A stretch of DNA of 61,154 bases, from the sequence record NZ_CP121836.1; one strand, 5' to 3'. Numbering within the stretch: the stretch's first letter is position 1; every line of letters begins with the position of its first letter. The position numbers and the translations under genes were made by a program. The notes beneath the pieces were generated by a model that ran no database searches, was not told the origin of the DNA, and was given only the letters and a program-made list of their open reading frames with translations. Source of the DNA: a plasmid. Of this stretch, positions 28,819 to 39,708 are shown piece by piece.

Positions 28819-29652
28819 ATGCAAAAGAAGATGAAAGCCCTTCCTTTGGCGTTGCTTCTGGCCAGCTTGGCCGGTTCTGCCCTGGCGGTGGAAATCCCAG
28901 CCGGTGGCATCTATGACAAGCGGGTGAAATATATCAATTACAACCCCGCCCAGGTGACAAAAGTAATTGGCCATTATGGCTTTTCTACTCATGTGCAATT
29001 TGGTGCAAATGAAGTAATCGCCAATATTGCCATCGGTGATAAAGAGGCTTGGGATGTTGCCCCGGTAGAAAATCACCTCTTTATTAAGCCTCTCGGTGAA
29101 ATGGCCGAAACAAACATGACCGTTATCACCAACGTTCGGGTTTATAACTTTGAGCTGACCGCCCATGAATCCAAGAACGGCGCTCACCCCATCCCGAACG
29201 ATATGTTTTTCCAAGTCAATTTCCGTTACCCGGATGAAGAATTGGCCAAGGCAAAAGCAGAGGCAGAAGCCGCCAGACTGAAGGCCAGAATGAGCCAGAA
29301 CGACGCGCCGAAAGCGACGAACTGGAACTATTGGGCCAAGGGTAGCCAAGATGTGTCGCCAATCAGTGCGTTTGATGATGGCCGCTTTACTTATCTGAAA
29401 TACCCAGGCAACCGCGAAATGCCAGCAATCTATATCGTTAACCCGGACGGTTCTGAAAGCCTGGTAAATACAACGGTTGATTCCAAACACCCTGACACAA
29501 TTATTGTCCAGAAAATTGCGCGGCAATTTACATTGCGAATCGGCAACCGTGTTGCATGTATTTTCAATGAAAATTATGACCCGGATGGAATCGCCAATAA
29601 GACAGGGACAACAGCCCCAGGAGTTGAGCGCGTGATTAAGGGAGGCCAGTAA
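28819..29652 (+). CDS. virB9: T4SS outer-membrane core protein VirB9.
   Basis: Signal peptide MQKKMKALPLALLLASLAGSALA, VirB9/CagX/TrbG family size and position. Confidence 0.9.
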   Translation: MQKKMKALPLALLLASLAGSALAVEIPAGGIYDKRVKYINYNPAQVTKVIGHYGFSTHVQFGANEVIANIAIGDKEAWDVAPVENHLFIKPLGEMAETNMTVITNVRVYNFELTAHESKNGAHPIPNDMFFQVNFRYPDEELAKAKAEAEAARLKARMSQNDAPKATNWNYWAKGSQDVSPISAFDDGRFTYLKYPGNREMPAIYIVNPDGSESLVNTTVDSKHPDTIIVQKIARQFTLRIGNRVACIFNENYDPDGIANKTGTTAPGVERVIKGGQ

Positions 29653-30866
29653 TGTCAGACCAGAACGAAAAAAATCTACCGGTCGAAGAAGTCGGCGGGG
29701 ATGAAGTTGATCGCGGTATGCCCAGCATATCGAAGAAAAAACGCCAGCCAGGCAGCGGCGGCGTGATGCAAAAAATCGTCGTGGCCGTTATCGGTATCTT
29801 CGTGGTTCTCGCCCTGGTAGCTGTAAACGGCGGCTTTAGCAGTGGCAAGAAGGATGAAGACAAGCCGAAAACTGGCAAGGGGTCAAACTCCGAGGTGGTG
29901 AACCGGCTCGGCCCTGCGCCGTCTTTGCCTGCACCGCCACCGCCGCCGAAAGCGCCGGAGGAAGATAAGCCAGCCACCGCCACAGTGGTAAGAACTGGTG
30001 ACGTTGCACCGCCGCCCCCATCTTCTGCAATGGAGCGCCCAAGAGGGAACAACGGCAAGCAAGAGCCGACCCCTCAAGAGCGCAAGCGTAACCCTTCTTT
30101 GCTGGCGTTTGGCAATATGTCAAAGCCTCCCAAGCAAGGGGCTGATGATGGCCAAGGCGGCGCGGCCTACCAGGCTACAGCGGCGGGCGGTGATGGCTCC
30201 CTGGCTGAGAGTGACACCGCAGACGGGTTAGGCGCTCGACTGAAGGGGACAACGGTACAGGGCACCCGTGCGGGCCTCCTGCGTGATCGCTCTTTCTTTA
30301 TCACGCAAGGTACTTTCCTTGATTGCGCCTTGGAAACTGCTCTTTCAAGCGACGTACCAGGTATGACCGCTTGCCGCCTTACCAGGGACGTTTACAGCAC
30401 CGATAGCAAGGTTTTGTTGCTGGAACGTGGTTCTAAAGTTGTTGGCCAATACCAAGGCGGGCTGAAACGTGGCCAAGCACGGATCTTTGTGCTCTGGACT
30501 CGCGTTGAAACACCGAACGGCGTCATTGTGAACATCGACAGCCCCGGCACCGATGCGCTCGGTCGCAGTGGCCTGGATGGCTTTGTTGATACCCACTTTT
30601 GGGAACGCTTCGGCGGGGCTGTCATGTTGAGCCTGATAGATGACGTTGGCACGTTCGTAGCGAACAAGGCCAGCGGCGACGGCAACAACAATCAGGTTCA
30701 ATTCGGCAGCACAGCAGATGCAGCAACCCAGGCGGCAGGTATCGCGCTGGAAAACTCGATCAACATTCCGCCAACACTGCTAAAAAACCAAGGCGACCAC
30801 ATCAATATTTTCGTGGCCAGGGATCTTGATTTCAGGGGGGTATATGACCTCAAGCCCGCATATTAA
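29652..30866 (+). CDS. virB10: T4SS core protein VirB10 (Pro-rich linker, C-terminal beta-barrel domain).
   Basis: TM helix plus a Pro-rich region (PAPPPPPKAPEEDKP...APPPPSS) and a conserved C-terminal domain. Confidence 0.9.
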   Translation: MSDQNEKNLPVEEVGGDEVDRGMPSISKKKRQPGSGGVMQKIVVAVIGIFVVLALVAVNGGFSSGKKDEDKPKTGKGSNSEVVNRLGPAPSLPAPPPPPKAPEEDKPATATVVRTGDVAPPPPSSAMERPRGNNGKQEPTPQERKRNPSLLAFGNMSKPPKQGADDGQGGAAYQATAAGGDGSLAESDTADGLGARLKGTTVQGTRAGLLRDRSFFITQGTFLDCALETALSSDVPGMTACRLTRDVYSTDSKVLLLERGSKVVGQYQGGLKRGQARIFVLWTRVETPNGVIVNIDSPGTDALGRSGLDGFVDTHFWERFGGAVMLSLIDDVGTFVANKASGDGNNNQVQFGSTADAATQAAGIALENSINIPPTLLKNQGDHINIFVARDLDFRGVYDLKPAY

Positions 30867-31872
30867 GGGCGTCGCACTGATGGAGAATCTTCGGATTCTC
30901 CATCCTTATTTGAACCGCGACGGCGTTACAGAAATCGTCATTAATCAACCAGGTGAGGTTATTACAGAAAGCCGCTCTGGCTGGGAACGCTTTGACGTAC
31001 CCGAGTTGAATTTCAACCTTTGCCAGGACATAGCCAAACTTACCGCCACGTTTTCCGGTCAGTCTCTCGATGAACGGAAGCCGATAATCTCGGCCACCCT
31101 ACCAGAGGGGGAACGTGTTCAAATTGTCGTGCCTCCGGTAACACTGTCTGGCCGTGTCAGCCTGACAATCCGAAAGCCGCCTACATTTAACCCCACGCTG
31201 GATGATTACGAGAAAAGCGGGGCGTTTGACCAGGTAATTGATTATTCATCTGACCTTAGCGAAGTTGAACGAACTCTTTTAGAACTCAAGCAAGGCCGGA
31301 AGTTTAAGGCGTTTTTTGAGCTGGCGATCAAGTCTCGCCTAAACATCATTGTGTCAGGCTCAACCGGTAGCGGTAAGACTACGTTTATGCGCTCCCTGCT
31401 TCAGCTTGTGCCTGATGATGAACGCCTGATTAGCATCGAGAACGTGGATGAATTGGGGCTCTATAAGACACACTGGAACACCGTTCCGCTGTTCTATTCA
31501 GCCGGTGGGCAAGGGGTATCTGAAGTTAGTCAGCAACACCTGTTGGAAAGCTCATTGCGCATGAAGCCAGACCGGATTTTTGTGGCTGAGTTGATCCGGG
31601 GGGATGAAGCCTTTTACTACCTGAGAAACGTCAACTCTGGCCACCCTGGATCGATTACCTCCATGCACGCCAACAGCGCCAGAATGGCTATAGAACAACT
31701 GGTTTTGTTCTTGAAGGAAAGCCAAAGCGGCAGCTCGATGAATAGAGAGGATATTAAGCAACTTCTCTTTATGTGCGTCGATATTATCGTGCAGATTAAA
31801 AACATTCGCGGGAAACGGGTAATAACGGAGATTTACTATGACCCAGAATTCAAACGGACACAAATGGCGTAA
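30826..31872 (+). CDS. virB11: T4SS ATPase VirB11.
   Basis: Walker A GSTGSGKTT, a His box, and VirB11/TrbB family size. Confidence 0.9.
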   Translation: MISGGYMTSSPHIKGVALMENLRILHPYLNRDGVTEIVINQPGEVITESRSGWERFDVPELNFNLCQDIAKLTATFSGQSLDERKPIISATLPEGERVQIVVPPVTLSGRVSLTIRKPPTFNPTLDDYEKSGAFDQVIDYSSDLSEVERTLLELKQGRKFKAFFELAIKSRLNIIVSGSTGSGKTTFMRSLLQLVPDDERLISIENVDELGLYKTHWNTVPLFYSAGGQGVSEVSQQHLLESSLRMKPDRIFVAELIRGDEAFYYLRNVNSGHPGSITSMHANSARMAIEQLVLFLKESQSGSSMNREDIKQLLFMCVDIIVQIKNIRGKRVITEIYYDPEFKRTQMA

Positions 31873-33763
31873 ATACGCCATTTTATTTGGCGTCCCTCTT
31901 TTTATATTGGCTTGGGTTTGGCTGGCTGGCGCAATTTTTATGGCTGGCAATGGTCTGAACGCCAAGGAAGCAACCCCGTTGACCCTTTACCAATATTGGT
32001 ACTATTACGGGGACATTAAAAAAACTCAAGCATGGATAACCGGGGCGGCCTTTGGCTCCCTGCTTATTTTTCTCCTGCCAGTATTCCTTTACTTCATGCC
32101 AAAGAAAGAAAGCCTCTTTGGCGATGCCAGGTGGGCAACTGAAAAAGAAATAAAGGATTCCGGTCTTTATTCTGAAGATGGGATTATTGTTGGCGTCAAA
32201 ACTGCTTTTTTCGGCCTGATAAAAAAATATCTTATTTTCGGCGGGGCTCAACATGTCTTAATGGCGGCCCCGACCCGTTCCGGTAAAGGTGTGAGTATTG
32301 TTATCCCCAATCTTTTGAGCTGGAAAGATAGCGTTGTTGTGCTGGATATAAAGCAAGAAAACTGGGATATAACTTCAGGTTTTCGCGCCAAACATGGCCA
32401 AGAGTGCTATTTGCTGAACCTAGCTCCCCGAGATTATCGCTCGCACCGTTGGAATCCACTTTTTTATATCTCTGATGACCCGAATTTCCGCATCAACGAT
32501 ATACAGAAAATCGGTCAGATGCTTTTCCCGAAAGTCGAGAATGAAGCGCCTATTTGGCAATCCTCCGCTCGTAGCCTTTGGCTGGGCCTGGTGCTTTACC
32601 TTATCGAGACTGAGGAACTGCCGGTTACGATGGGCGAGGCTCTGCGTCAGCTCACTATGGGCGATGAACGTCTGGCCGAAATCGTAGAGCAGCGGCAAGA
32701 GTCTGATAACCCCTTATCAGATGAATGCTATCTAGCACTGAAAGAGTACCTGGACACCCCGGACAAGACTCGCGGCTCCGTTCGTAAAGGTTTCACGGCC
32801 TCCCTGGAGCTGTTTTATAACCCGGTGATCGATGCAGCAACCAGTGGCAATGATTTTGACCTGCGCGACCTGCGCAAACGCCGTATGTCGGTTTATGTAG
32901 GGATTACCCCGGATGACCTGGATCGCCTGGCACCGTTGATTAATCTCTTTTTCCAGCAGGTAATCGATCTCAATACCCGTGAGCTGCCCGAGCAAAATCC
33001 AGACCTGAAACATAGCTGTTTGCTGCTTATGGATGAATTTACCGCTATGGGCAAGGTTGGCATTCTGTCAAAAGGTATTAGTTATATTGCAGGTTATGGC
33101 CTGCGTATGCTGCCAATTATCCAATCACCGGCACAGTTGCGTGAAACATATGGGGCTGATGCGGCGGAAACATTCATTGATAACCACGCCTTGCAAATTG
33201 TTTTTGCTCCAAAAAACATCAAGGTAGCAAAGGAAATATCCGACAGCCTGGGCACCAAGACAGTAAAAAACAAATCACGTAGTCGGCAACTCACCGGGAA
33301 AACAAGCCGTTCTGAGAATGCCAGCGATACAGGCCGCGCCCTGCTTATGCCTCAAGAGGTTAAGCAGATTGGCCAAAAGGCTGAAATATTGTTGTTGGAA
33401 AACTGCCCTCCTATTAAGTGCAGCAAAATAACTTGGTACGCCGACCAGACTTTCAACGAGCGCGGCAACGGTCGTGATGGGGTTAAATTCCCCTCGCCTG
33501 CCGTTCCCCTGGTTGACCCTAACAACAGGCCGAAAGGTGAGGTTTCATTCCACTCCAACAAAATTGAAGACGCTGAAACTTCAGAAAAAACTGTTGTGGA
33601 GCGGGATATTACCGTTGCTGACATTGAGAACATCGACAATTTGAACCTTGACGATTTTTCTTGTGACTTCTCCAAGATTGAAATCCCTGAAGGCTCAATA
33701 TCTGATGATGCAATGGACGACCTTGTAAGCCAGTTTTTTAATGGCTTGGCTGAAGCGGCATAA
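31838..33763 (+). CDS. virD4: Type IV coupling protein (VirD4/TraG family), 641 aa.
   Basis: N-terminal TM helices and Walker A LMAAPTRSGKGVSIVIPNLL, TraG/VirD4 signature. Directly follows virB11. Confidence 0.9.
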   Translation: MTQNSNGHKWRKYAILFGVPLFILAWVWLAGAIFMAGNGLNAKEATPLTLYQYWYYYGDIKKTQAWITGAAFGSLLIFLLPVFLYFMPKKESLFGDARWATEKEIKDSGLYSEDGIIVGVKTAFFGLIKKYLIFGGAQHVLMAAPTRSGKGVSIVIPNLLSWKDSVVVLDIKQENWDITSGFRAKHGQECYLLNLAPRDYRSHRWNPLFYISDDPNFRINDIQKIGQMLFPKVENEAPIWQSSARSLWLGLVLYLIETEELPVTMGEALRQLTMGDERLAEIVEQRQESDNPLSDECYLALKEYLDTPDKTRGSVRKGFTASLELFYNPVIDAATSGNDFDLRDLRKRRMSVYVGITPDDLDRLAPLINLFFQQVIDLNTRELPEQNPDLKHSCLLLMDEFTAMGKVGILSKGISYIAGYGLRMLPIIQSPAQLRETYGADAAETFIDNHALQIVFAPKNIKVAKEISDSLGTKTVKNKSRSRQLTGKTSRSENASDTGRALLMPQEVKQIGQKAEILLLENCPPIKCSKITWYADQTFNERGNGRDGVKFPSPAVPLVDPNNRPKGEVSFHSNKIEDAETSEKTVVERDITVADIENIDNLNLDDFSCDFSKIEIPEGSISDDAMDDLVSQFFNGLAEAA

Positions 33764-33775
33764 GGAATAATTGAA

Positions 33776-36700
33776 ATGGCAAATATTGCACAGGAAAAAA
33801 CATATCTGGCCATTCCTTTTGAAGAACGGAAAGACGCTTTTCGAGCTGCGGGCAAACTGCCAGACGGCAAGAACGCTTTGGGGCTGGATGAAGATAGCAA
33901 ACTCTGGTTTGCCAATCCTGGTGCGGATCTCGACAAGCTGAAAAAGTGGATACCGGACACCACTCGCCGGGCCGAACAAGGCGAAACAGATCCGGTCATT
34001 GAGTTTGGCCAGGCACTTGAAGACGCCGGTTTCATCCTCGATGGCGAACCACAGATGGACGGCAAGAAACACCGGGTTAGCACTGTAGACGACAGAGGCG
34101 GCCAGAAGTCGGGCGTTTATGTCGGATACCTGGACGGTGTACCGGCTGGCTGGTATCAAGATCACCGCATCCATAGCGAACCGCAGAAGTGGAAGGCTAC
34201 CGGCAATCGTATTGATCCCGAAGCACAAGCGCACCTGAAGGCAGTAGCGGCACAGCGCAAGATAGAACGCGACCAGGCACAGGCAAGACAGTACGACCAC
34301 AACGCCCACAGAAGCCAGCAAGCGGCCAGCCTAATGCCCGACGCCAACGGCCAAGAGCAATACTTGGTCAATAAGGGGGTGAAGGCTTTCCCTGGCGTGA
34401 AAACTGATAAGCGCGGGCGCGTTGTAATTCCGCTTCAGAATGAAAAGGATGAAGTAAGAACCCTGCAACGCATTAGCGGAAATGGCTTTAAATCCCTAAA
34501 GAAGAATGGCCAGAAATCAGGGAGTTATTTTGTTGTTGGCGGCGAGCTAAAAAATGGCGACCCGATTCTATACGCTGAAGGCTATTCAACATCGGCAACT
34601 ATCAGTGAAGCCACCGGGCGGCCTGTTGTGATGACTGTTGACGCTGGAAATATGCCGACAGTTGCCGCAAAGCTATTGGAAAAATACCCAGATAGCCAGC
34701 ATGTTTTTTTGGCAGACGATGACCGTAAAAACACAGCAAACAAGGGTAAGGAAAAAGCCGAGCAAGCAGCCACCATAACAAATGGCATTGCTCAAACCCC
34801 TATTTTCAATAATCAAGAGATTGAAAAAGGCTTTTCGGATTTTAATGACCTTGGCCAGTCAAGAGGGCTTGAGGTTGTACGGGAACAAGTTGAAGCAACT
34901 CTTAATAAGGTGGCGACCGTGGATAAAGTAGAAGAAAACACCGGGCCGGTAATTACGGATAAATTCGAGCGTGAAATTGATACCGCCCTGTCTAATTCAG
35001 AAGACAATCAAAAACTCGGTATTCTGCGTGATGACCAAGGACGTTTTTGGGACGGGCAAGAATTTGGCGACCTGGAAGACGCCAAGCGTTATGAACCAGT
35101 GGAAGCCCTGAAAGTGGCTGTCCATGTTTCCCGTCAATACGAATCAGAGTTAGAGGGAAGCCATATTTATATTCGCGCCGTTGAACAAGACGAGCCAAGC
35201 GATAGCGACGGGGTTCACGTTGTAAACACTGACCAGGCTATGAACTGGCCACACCTTGAAGCCGCTTATAAGAGAGGGTTCGGCTTGAATCTGGATCGTG
35301 ATGAAGCCCTGGCCATAACGGCCCGTTCGCCTGCTGCCGCCCTGGACAACCAAGAACAAGCCGCCGCCCCTGCTGCTGCCCTGGACAACCAGGAACAAGC
35401 CGCCGCCCCTGCTGCTGCCCTGGACAACCAGGAACAAGCCGCCGCCCCTGCTGCTGCCCTGGACAACCAGGAACAAGCCGCCGCCCCTGCTGCTGCCCTG
35501 GACAACCAGGAACAAGCCGCCGCCCCTGCTGCTACCCTGGACAACCAGGAGCCCGAAGAAAACGCCGTGGAGCCATTTATTGAGCGGAAAATAGAAACGG
35601 CTGACGCTGACGTTAGGGCATGGCTGACCAACAGCCGTCAACCCATAGGTGAGCTGATCGAGGAAGACGAGCGGAAGGCTCAACATAGACCACAAGCGGA
35701 AGGTGAATTTTCATCTGAACCAAGCCAGACACCGAAGGGCCAAGCCTCAAACTCTGACTTTGAAGCGACCACGTTCAAACCGATTGTTCCTGAGAAGGTC
35801 GCAAAGTCTTATATCGAGGTAGACGGCAAATATTACTTTGGCAATCGGCCTGATTCGCTGGCTTTCGTCGATAAAGGGGCCAAGTTGCAAACCAAGCTGT
35901 CGAGCGAGCAAGTAGCGGCCTCAATGGTCGATATTGCTGAAGCTCGGGGCTGGACTGAATTACAGCTCTCCGGTACTGAAGATTTCAGACGGGCCGCCTG
36001 GCTTGAGGCCGCATCACGGGGCTTGGCTTCTAGGGGTTACAAACCGAAAGAGGAAGACTTGGCCAGGCTCAAAAAGCTGACCAATGACCGGACTTCAAAC
36101 GAGATTGAGCCCAGGGAACAAGCTGACGTTGTACCGCCAGCAGCCAAGGGCAAAGAACAGCCGACGAACCAAGATAAGCAACAAGGCCAGCAGGCGGCCC
36201 AATCTCCCCAGATGGCCAAAGCGGCAGCCGCAACAGCGACCGCTGATAAGCAACAGCCTGAAGCGGCGGCCCCAGCTCAAGAAGTTAACCGGCTCGCGGG
36301 TAAGCTGGTTGAGCATGGTAAAGCCCCTTATGAGCACAACCCCGACAATAACGGGAGTTACTTTGTCACCCTTGAGAATGCAGACGGCCAACAAAGCACA
36401 ACTTGGGGTGTGGGCCTAGAAAAGGCGATTGAAGAATCCCAGGCCGAAGCTGGCCAGCATGTCGAGCTGGAAAACTTGGGACGCAAACCGGTACAAGTTG
36501 AAAAGCAGATCAAGGATGAAAAGGGTAATGTTACCGGCACCAAAACGGTTAACTCGTATCGCAACGAATGGGCTGTTAAGGCCGAAGCAATCCGCGATTC
36601 TTCCCGTGACGCTAAAGAGTTGGTCAAGGAGCACCCGGACTTAATCAACGAAATCACGGCGGTTAAGCTCGCTGAAAAATTCGCGGCGGCAAATTTGAGC

Positions 36701-36841
36701 GCAGTCGATCAAGCCCGTTTCATGGAGCGAGTTCGCGGCCAGGTAGCGGATAACGTATCGACCGGTCAGCAAGCCCCTGAGCTGAAGATTAGGGAAGAAA
36801 CAACCATCGAACGCACGAAGGAGACAGAGAATGAACGATAA
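33776..36841 (+). CDS. traC: Large TOPRIM-domain plasmid primase-like protein (TraC-like, 1021 aa) with an internal 13-aa tandem repeat (AALDNQEQAAAPA x5) and a Q/A-rich C-terminal region.
   Basis: TOPRIM signature (YAEGYSTSATISEATGRPVVMTVDAGN...VFLADDDRKN). 39-bp tandem repeat at 35330-35545. Confidence 0.65.
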   Translation: MANIAQEKTYLAIPFEERKDAFRAAGKLPDGKNALGLDEDSKLWFANPGADLDKLKKWIPDTTRRAEQGETDPVIEFGQALEDAGFILDGEPQMDGKKHRVSTVDDRGGQKSGVYVGYLDGVPAGWYQDHRIHSEPQKWKATGNRIDPEAQAHLKAVAAQRKIERDQAQARQYDHNAHRSQQAASLMPDANGQEQYLVNKGVKAFPGVKTDKRGRVVIPLQNEKDEVRTLQRISGNGFKSLKKNGQKSGSYFVVGGELKNGDPILYAEGYSTSATISEATGRPVVMTVDAGNMPTVAAKLLEKYPDSQHVFLADDDRKNTANKGKEKAEQAATITNGIAQTPIFNNQEIEKGFSDFNDLGQSRGLEVVREQVEATLNKVATVDKVEENTGPVITDKFEREIDTALSNSEDNQKLGILRDDQGRFWDGQEFGDLEDAKRYEPVEALKVAVHVSRQYESELEGSHIYIRAVEQDEPSDSDGVHVVNTDQAMNWPHLEAAYKRGFGLNLDRDEALAITARSPAAALDNQEQAAAPAAALDNQEQAAAPAAALDNQEQAAAPAAALDNQEQAAAPAAALDNQEQAAAPAATLDNQEPEENAVEPFIERKIETADADVRAWLTNSRQPIGELIEEDERKAQHRPQAEGEFSSEPSQTPKGQASNSDFEATTFKPIVPEKVAKSYIEVDGKYYFGNRPDSLAFVDKGAKLQTKLSSEQVAASMVDIAEARGWTELQLSGTEDFRRAAWLEAASRGLASRGYKPKEEDLARLKKLTNDRTSNEIEPREQADVVPPAAKGKEQPTNQDKQQGQQAAQSPQMAKAAAATATADKQQPEAAAPAQEVNRLAGKLVEHGKAPYEHNPDNNGSYFVTLENADGQQSTTWGVGLEKAIEESQAEAGQHVELENLGRKPVQVEKQIKDEKGNVTGTKTVNSYRNEWAVKAEAIRDSSRDAKELVKEHPDLINEITAVKLAEKFAAANLSAVDQARFMERVRGQVADNVSTGQQAPELKIREETTIERTKETENER

Positions 36842-36979
36842 ATTACTGAAGCTGAATCAGCCCGGTCAGATTGTCGAACTGACCAAACAAGAGGCTGAAG
36901 AATTGGGCGCTTTCGAGGAAAGCGCCCTTTCCGAACAAGACGCCCTCGATGCGATTGAAACAGAACAGGAGGCGTAAAC

Positions 36980-38674
36980 ATGGCCAAGGGTAAAGAGTCG
37001 AGCGGAGAGAAAAAGCCCTATTACGAGCTGATTGCTGAAACACTTATCAAGCAGCTCGAAGAAGGCACCGCGCCGTGGCAAAAACCCTGGGAACCGGGCA
37101 CCTCTATGGTGCCCCATAACCCTGTGAGCGGTACAAAATACCGGGGCGGCAACGCCCTATGGTTGACCATGCAAGGTAGGTCAGATCCGCGCTGGATGAC
37201 CTACAAGCAGGCGCAAAGCGTCAATGCCCAGGTGAAACGAGGTGAAAGCGGTACGCTGATCCAGTATTTCAAGTTCCAAGACCAAGTGCCCAAGTTAGAC
37301 GCCAGCGGAAAACCTGAGATTGATAGCGACGGCAAAAAGAAGATGATCACCGTCCAACTGGATAAGCCTAAAGTCTTCTCGGCTGTTGTCTTCAACGGTG
37401 AGCAGATCCAAGGACTCCCCCCAATTGAGACAGAAAAGAAAGATCCCGCATGGAATAGACACGAACGGGCGGAAGCCATTCTAACCAATGCCGGTATCCC
37501 CATTTCACACGATCAAGCTGATAACGCTTTTTACCTCCCTGGCAAAGATGAAATCCACTTACCAGGGCGCGACCAGTTCGCCACCGCTGATAGGTACTAT
37601 GCAACAGCTCTGCATGAACTTGGCCACGCAACCGGCCATGCCAGCCGCTTGAATAGGGACTTATCCGGGCGCTTTGGCTCGGAGTCCTACGCAAAGGAAG
37701 AATTACGCGCTGAGATCGGTTCCCTGCTGATAGGGGATGAATTAGAGATCGGGCATGACCCTGGCCAACACGCTGCCTATGTCAAAAGCTGGGTAAAAGT
37801 GCTGAAGGAAGACCCCAAGGAAATTTTGCGAGCAGCTAGAGACGCTGAAGCGATCAAAGATTGGGTTATTGCCAGGGAACGGGAAAGCACCCTAACCGGC
37901 GACAACGCCAGACCTCCCCAAACGCAACAAGAAGATCAGGCGGTATCCCTGGCTGAAACCCGCAAGCTGATGGAGATTGTAGCGAACCAGAACAAAGGGG
38001 CCACCCTGGGGGATTCTGCTTCCCTCGCCCTGAAAGCATTGGGGCTCAACGAAACCAAACAGGTGATCGATGTTATCTCTACACTCAATGACCTGGTGAA
38101 ACACCCCGCCTTAGCTCAACAGGTGAAAAAGGCTGAAGCTGAGTTAGCACTATTGAAACCCCAGCACCAGGAGCAACACCAGGAGCCCAAGGCAACTGAA
38201 TCAGCGGCAACGGATAACAAGCCCCAGACTGAGGCTTTCAGTGAAACTCGCAAGCTGATGGAGATTGTAGCGAACCAGAACAAAGGGGCGGCCCTGGGGG
38301 AATCTGCGGCTGTTGCTTTGGAAGGATTGGCCCGTAATCAACCTGACCAGGCAAACGATGTTATCTCTAATTTGAGTGACCTACAGAAACACCCAGCATT
38401 AGCCAAGCAGATTGAGAAGGCCAAGGCCGAACAGGAAGCGATTAGAGCCACGCAAGGGGCTGACCAAGGGCAACGCATTGACCCTATCAGCAAATTGCCT
38501 CTGGCGCTTGCTGAGAAGCTATCTAGTCGGTTTGCGAATGAGGAAGATAGGGCAAAATTCCTTGAAAAGGTTCAAGCCCGACTTTCTGACGCTCCCCAGC
38601 CTGAAATCAAGATCCGGGAGGCCGTGGCAACAAGCAAAGAGCCCAAGGCACAAGCGGAAGATATGGAACGCTAA
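36980..38674 (+). CDS. ardC: Antirestriction protein ArdC (N-terminal ssDNA-binding ArdcN domain plus HExxH metalloprotease domain) with an extra C-terminal extension of about 270 aa containing a duplicated 65-aa module.
   Basis: PWQKPWEPGTSMVPHNPVSGTKYRGGNALWL (ArdcN) and ALHELGHATGH (metalloprotease). Repeats ETRKLMEIVANQNKGA(T/A)LG...KHPALA appear twice. Confidence 0.85.
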   Translation: MAKGKESSGEKKPYYELIAETLIKQLEEGTAPWQKPWEPGTSMVPHNPVSGTKYRGGNALWLTMQGRSDPRWMTYKQAQSVNAQVKRGESGTLIQYFKFQDQVPKLDASGKPEIDSDGKKKMITVQLDKPKVFSAVVFNGEQIQGLPPIETEKKDPAWNRHERAEAILTNAGIPISHDQADNAFYLPGKDEIHLPGRDQFATADRYYATALHELGHATGHASRLNRDLSGRFGSESYAKEELRAEIGSLLIGDELEIGHDPGQHAAYVKSWVKVLKEDPKEILRAARDAEAIKDWVIARERESTLTGDNARPPQTQQEDQAVSLAETRKLMEIVANQNKGATLGDSASLALKALGLNETKQVIDVISTLNDLVKHPALAQQVKKAEAELALLKPQHQEQHQEPKATESAATDNKPQTEAFSETRKLMEIVANQNKGAALGESAAVALEGLARNQPDQANDVISNLSDLQKHPALAKQIEKAKAEQEAIRATQGADQGQRIDPISKLPLALAEKLSSRFANEEDRAKFLEKVQARLSDAPQPEIKIREAVATSKEPKAQAEDMER

Positions 38675-38685
38675 ATACCTGAAAA

Positions 38686-38712
38686 CAAAAACCGGCCAAC
38701 AGGCCGGTTTTT
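38686..38712. terminator. Bidirectional rho-independent terminator between the convergent ardC and mobA genes.
   Basis: AAAACCGGCCAACAGGCCGGTTTTTTT: a perfect 8-bp stem flanked by A-run and T-run. Confidence 0.7.
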
Positions 38713-39708
38713 TTATCTCTCGTCTTCGTCCCTCTCTGATTTTGCCTTGCCCTGCCCTACGTCCTGGGCTTTCTGTTGGGGCTTCATCTGCTCGGCCAGC
38801 TTGGCGGCTATCTCATGCCGTTCTGTTGCCAGTGGTGGCATAGACGAAACAAAGCCAACTATCTTGCTCGCCAGTTCCCTATCTTCGGCATCGCCTTGGT
38901 TCAGGTCTTTGGCCGCCGACAACCAGGATTTTCTAACCTCCTGCTGTCGCTGCTGGATCTTGTCTTCCCACGGTTTCGCCTTCGGCGGCTTGCCTGCCTG
39001 CTTATCTTTGAACTCGGAAACGATCTCTTTGACCTTAGCCTTATCGACCTCCGGGATCTCGCCCCGACTCCGAATATTCTTGATGACCTGGGAGACGGCT
39101 TTTTTAACTACGCCTCTCGGTGCCCTGGGTGTGGCTTCAGCATCAATGCCGCGCCGTTGAAGCTGCTCCGCGAACCCTTCGCGCCACTTCTGCGGATCAC
39201 CCTTCTTGATGTGGAGACGGCGGCCATCATGCCCTAGCGTTTTAATGGTCAGATGCACATGCGGGTGATCAACGTCAGTATGCAGGGCAAAAACATACTG
39301 GTAGTTATCCCCGAACTGCCCCTTAGCAAAATCCCGGGCCGAGTCTCGGACAGCTTTCGGATCAGTTCCCTTTGGCATGGACAGCACCAGGTTAGCGGTA
39401 TCCCTGGTATTGGCTCGGCGTTTCCCGCCGTCTTGCGTCCATTCCTTGTGAACCTCCTTTACCGCTGCCTTTCCCTTGATAACTTCTCCCCGCTCGTTCT
39501 CAAGCTCTAGCTTTCCGTTTCGGCTGATATAGTCCAGGTGAGCTTTTACGTGCTCGGCCCCTTTGGCCGCGCCAGATACCTTAACCATCACCTCGGAGGC
39601 TTTATCCGTGACTCGCTTAACTCGGCCTTTCAGATCGCCGGTCTTATTGGCCTTGGTCTTGACCTTCCCCTCTAGCAACCCGGCTAGAGTGTCATAGCCC
39701 TTATTCAT
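38713..39708 (-). CDS. mobA: Conjugative relaxase (MobA/VirD2-like, MOBQ/MOBP-type 3-His motif), 331 aa.
   Basis: His-triad motif FALHTDVDHPHVHLTIKTLG and an N-terminal Tyr (MNKGYDTL...). A mobC gene lies upstream and overlaps. Confidence 0.8.
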   Translation of the reverse strand: MNKGYDTLAGLLEGKVKTKANKTGDLKGRVKRVTDKASEVMVKVSGAAKGAEHVKAHLDYISRNGKLELENERGEVIKGKAAVKEVHKEWTQDGGKRRANTRDTANLVLSMPKGTDPKAVRDSARDFAKGQFGDNYQYVFALHTDVDHPHVHLTIKTLGHDGRRLHIKKGDPQKWREGFAEQLQRRGIDAEATPRAPRGVVKKAVSQVIKNIRSRGEIPEVDKAKVKEIVSEFKDKQAGKPPKAKPWEDKIQQRQQEVRKSWLSAAKDLNQGDAEDRELASKIVGFVSSMPPLATERHEIAAKLAEQMKPQQKAQDVGQGKAKSERDEDER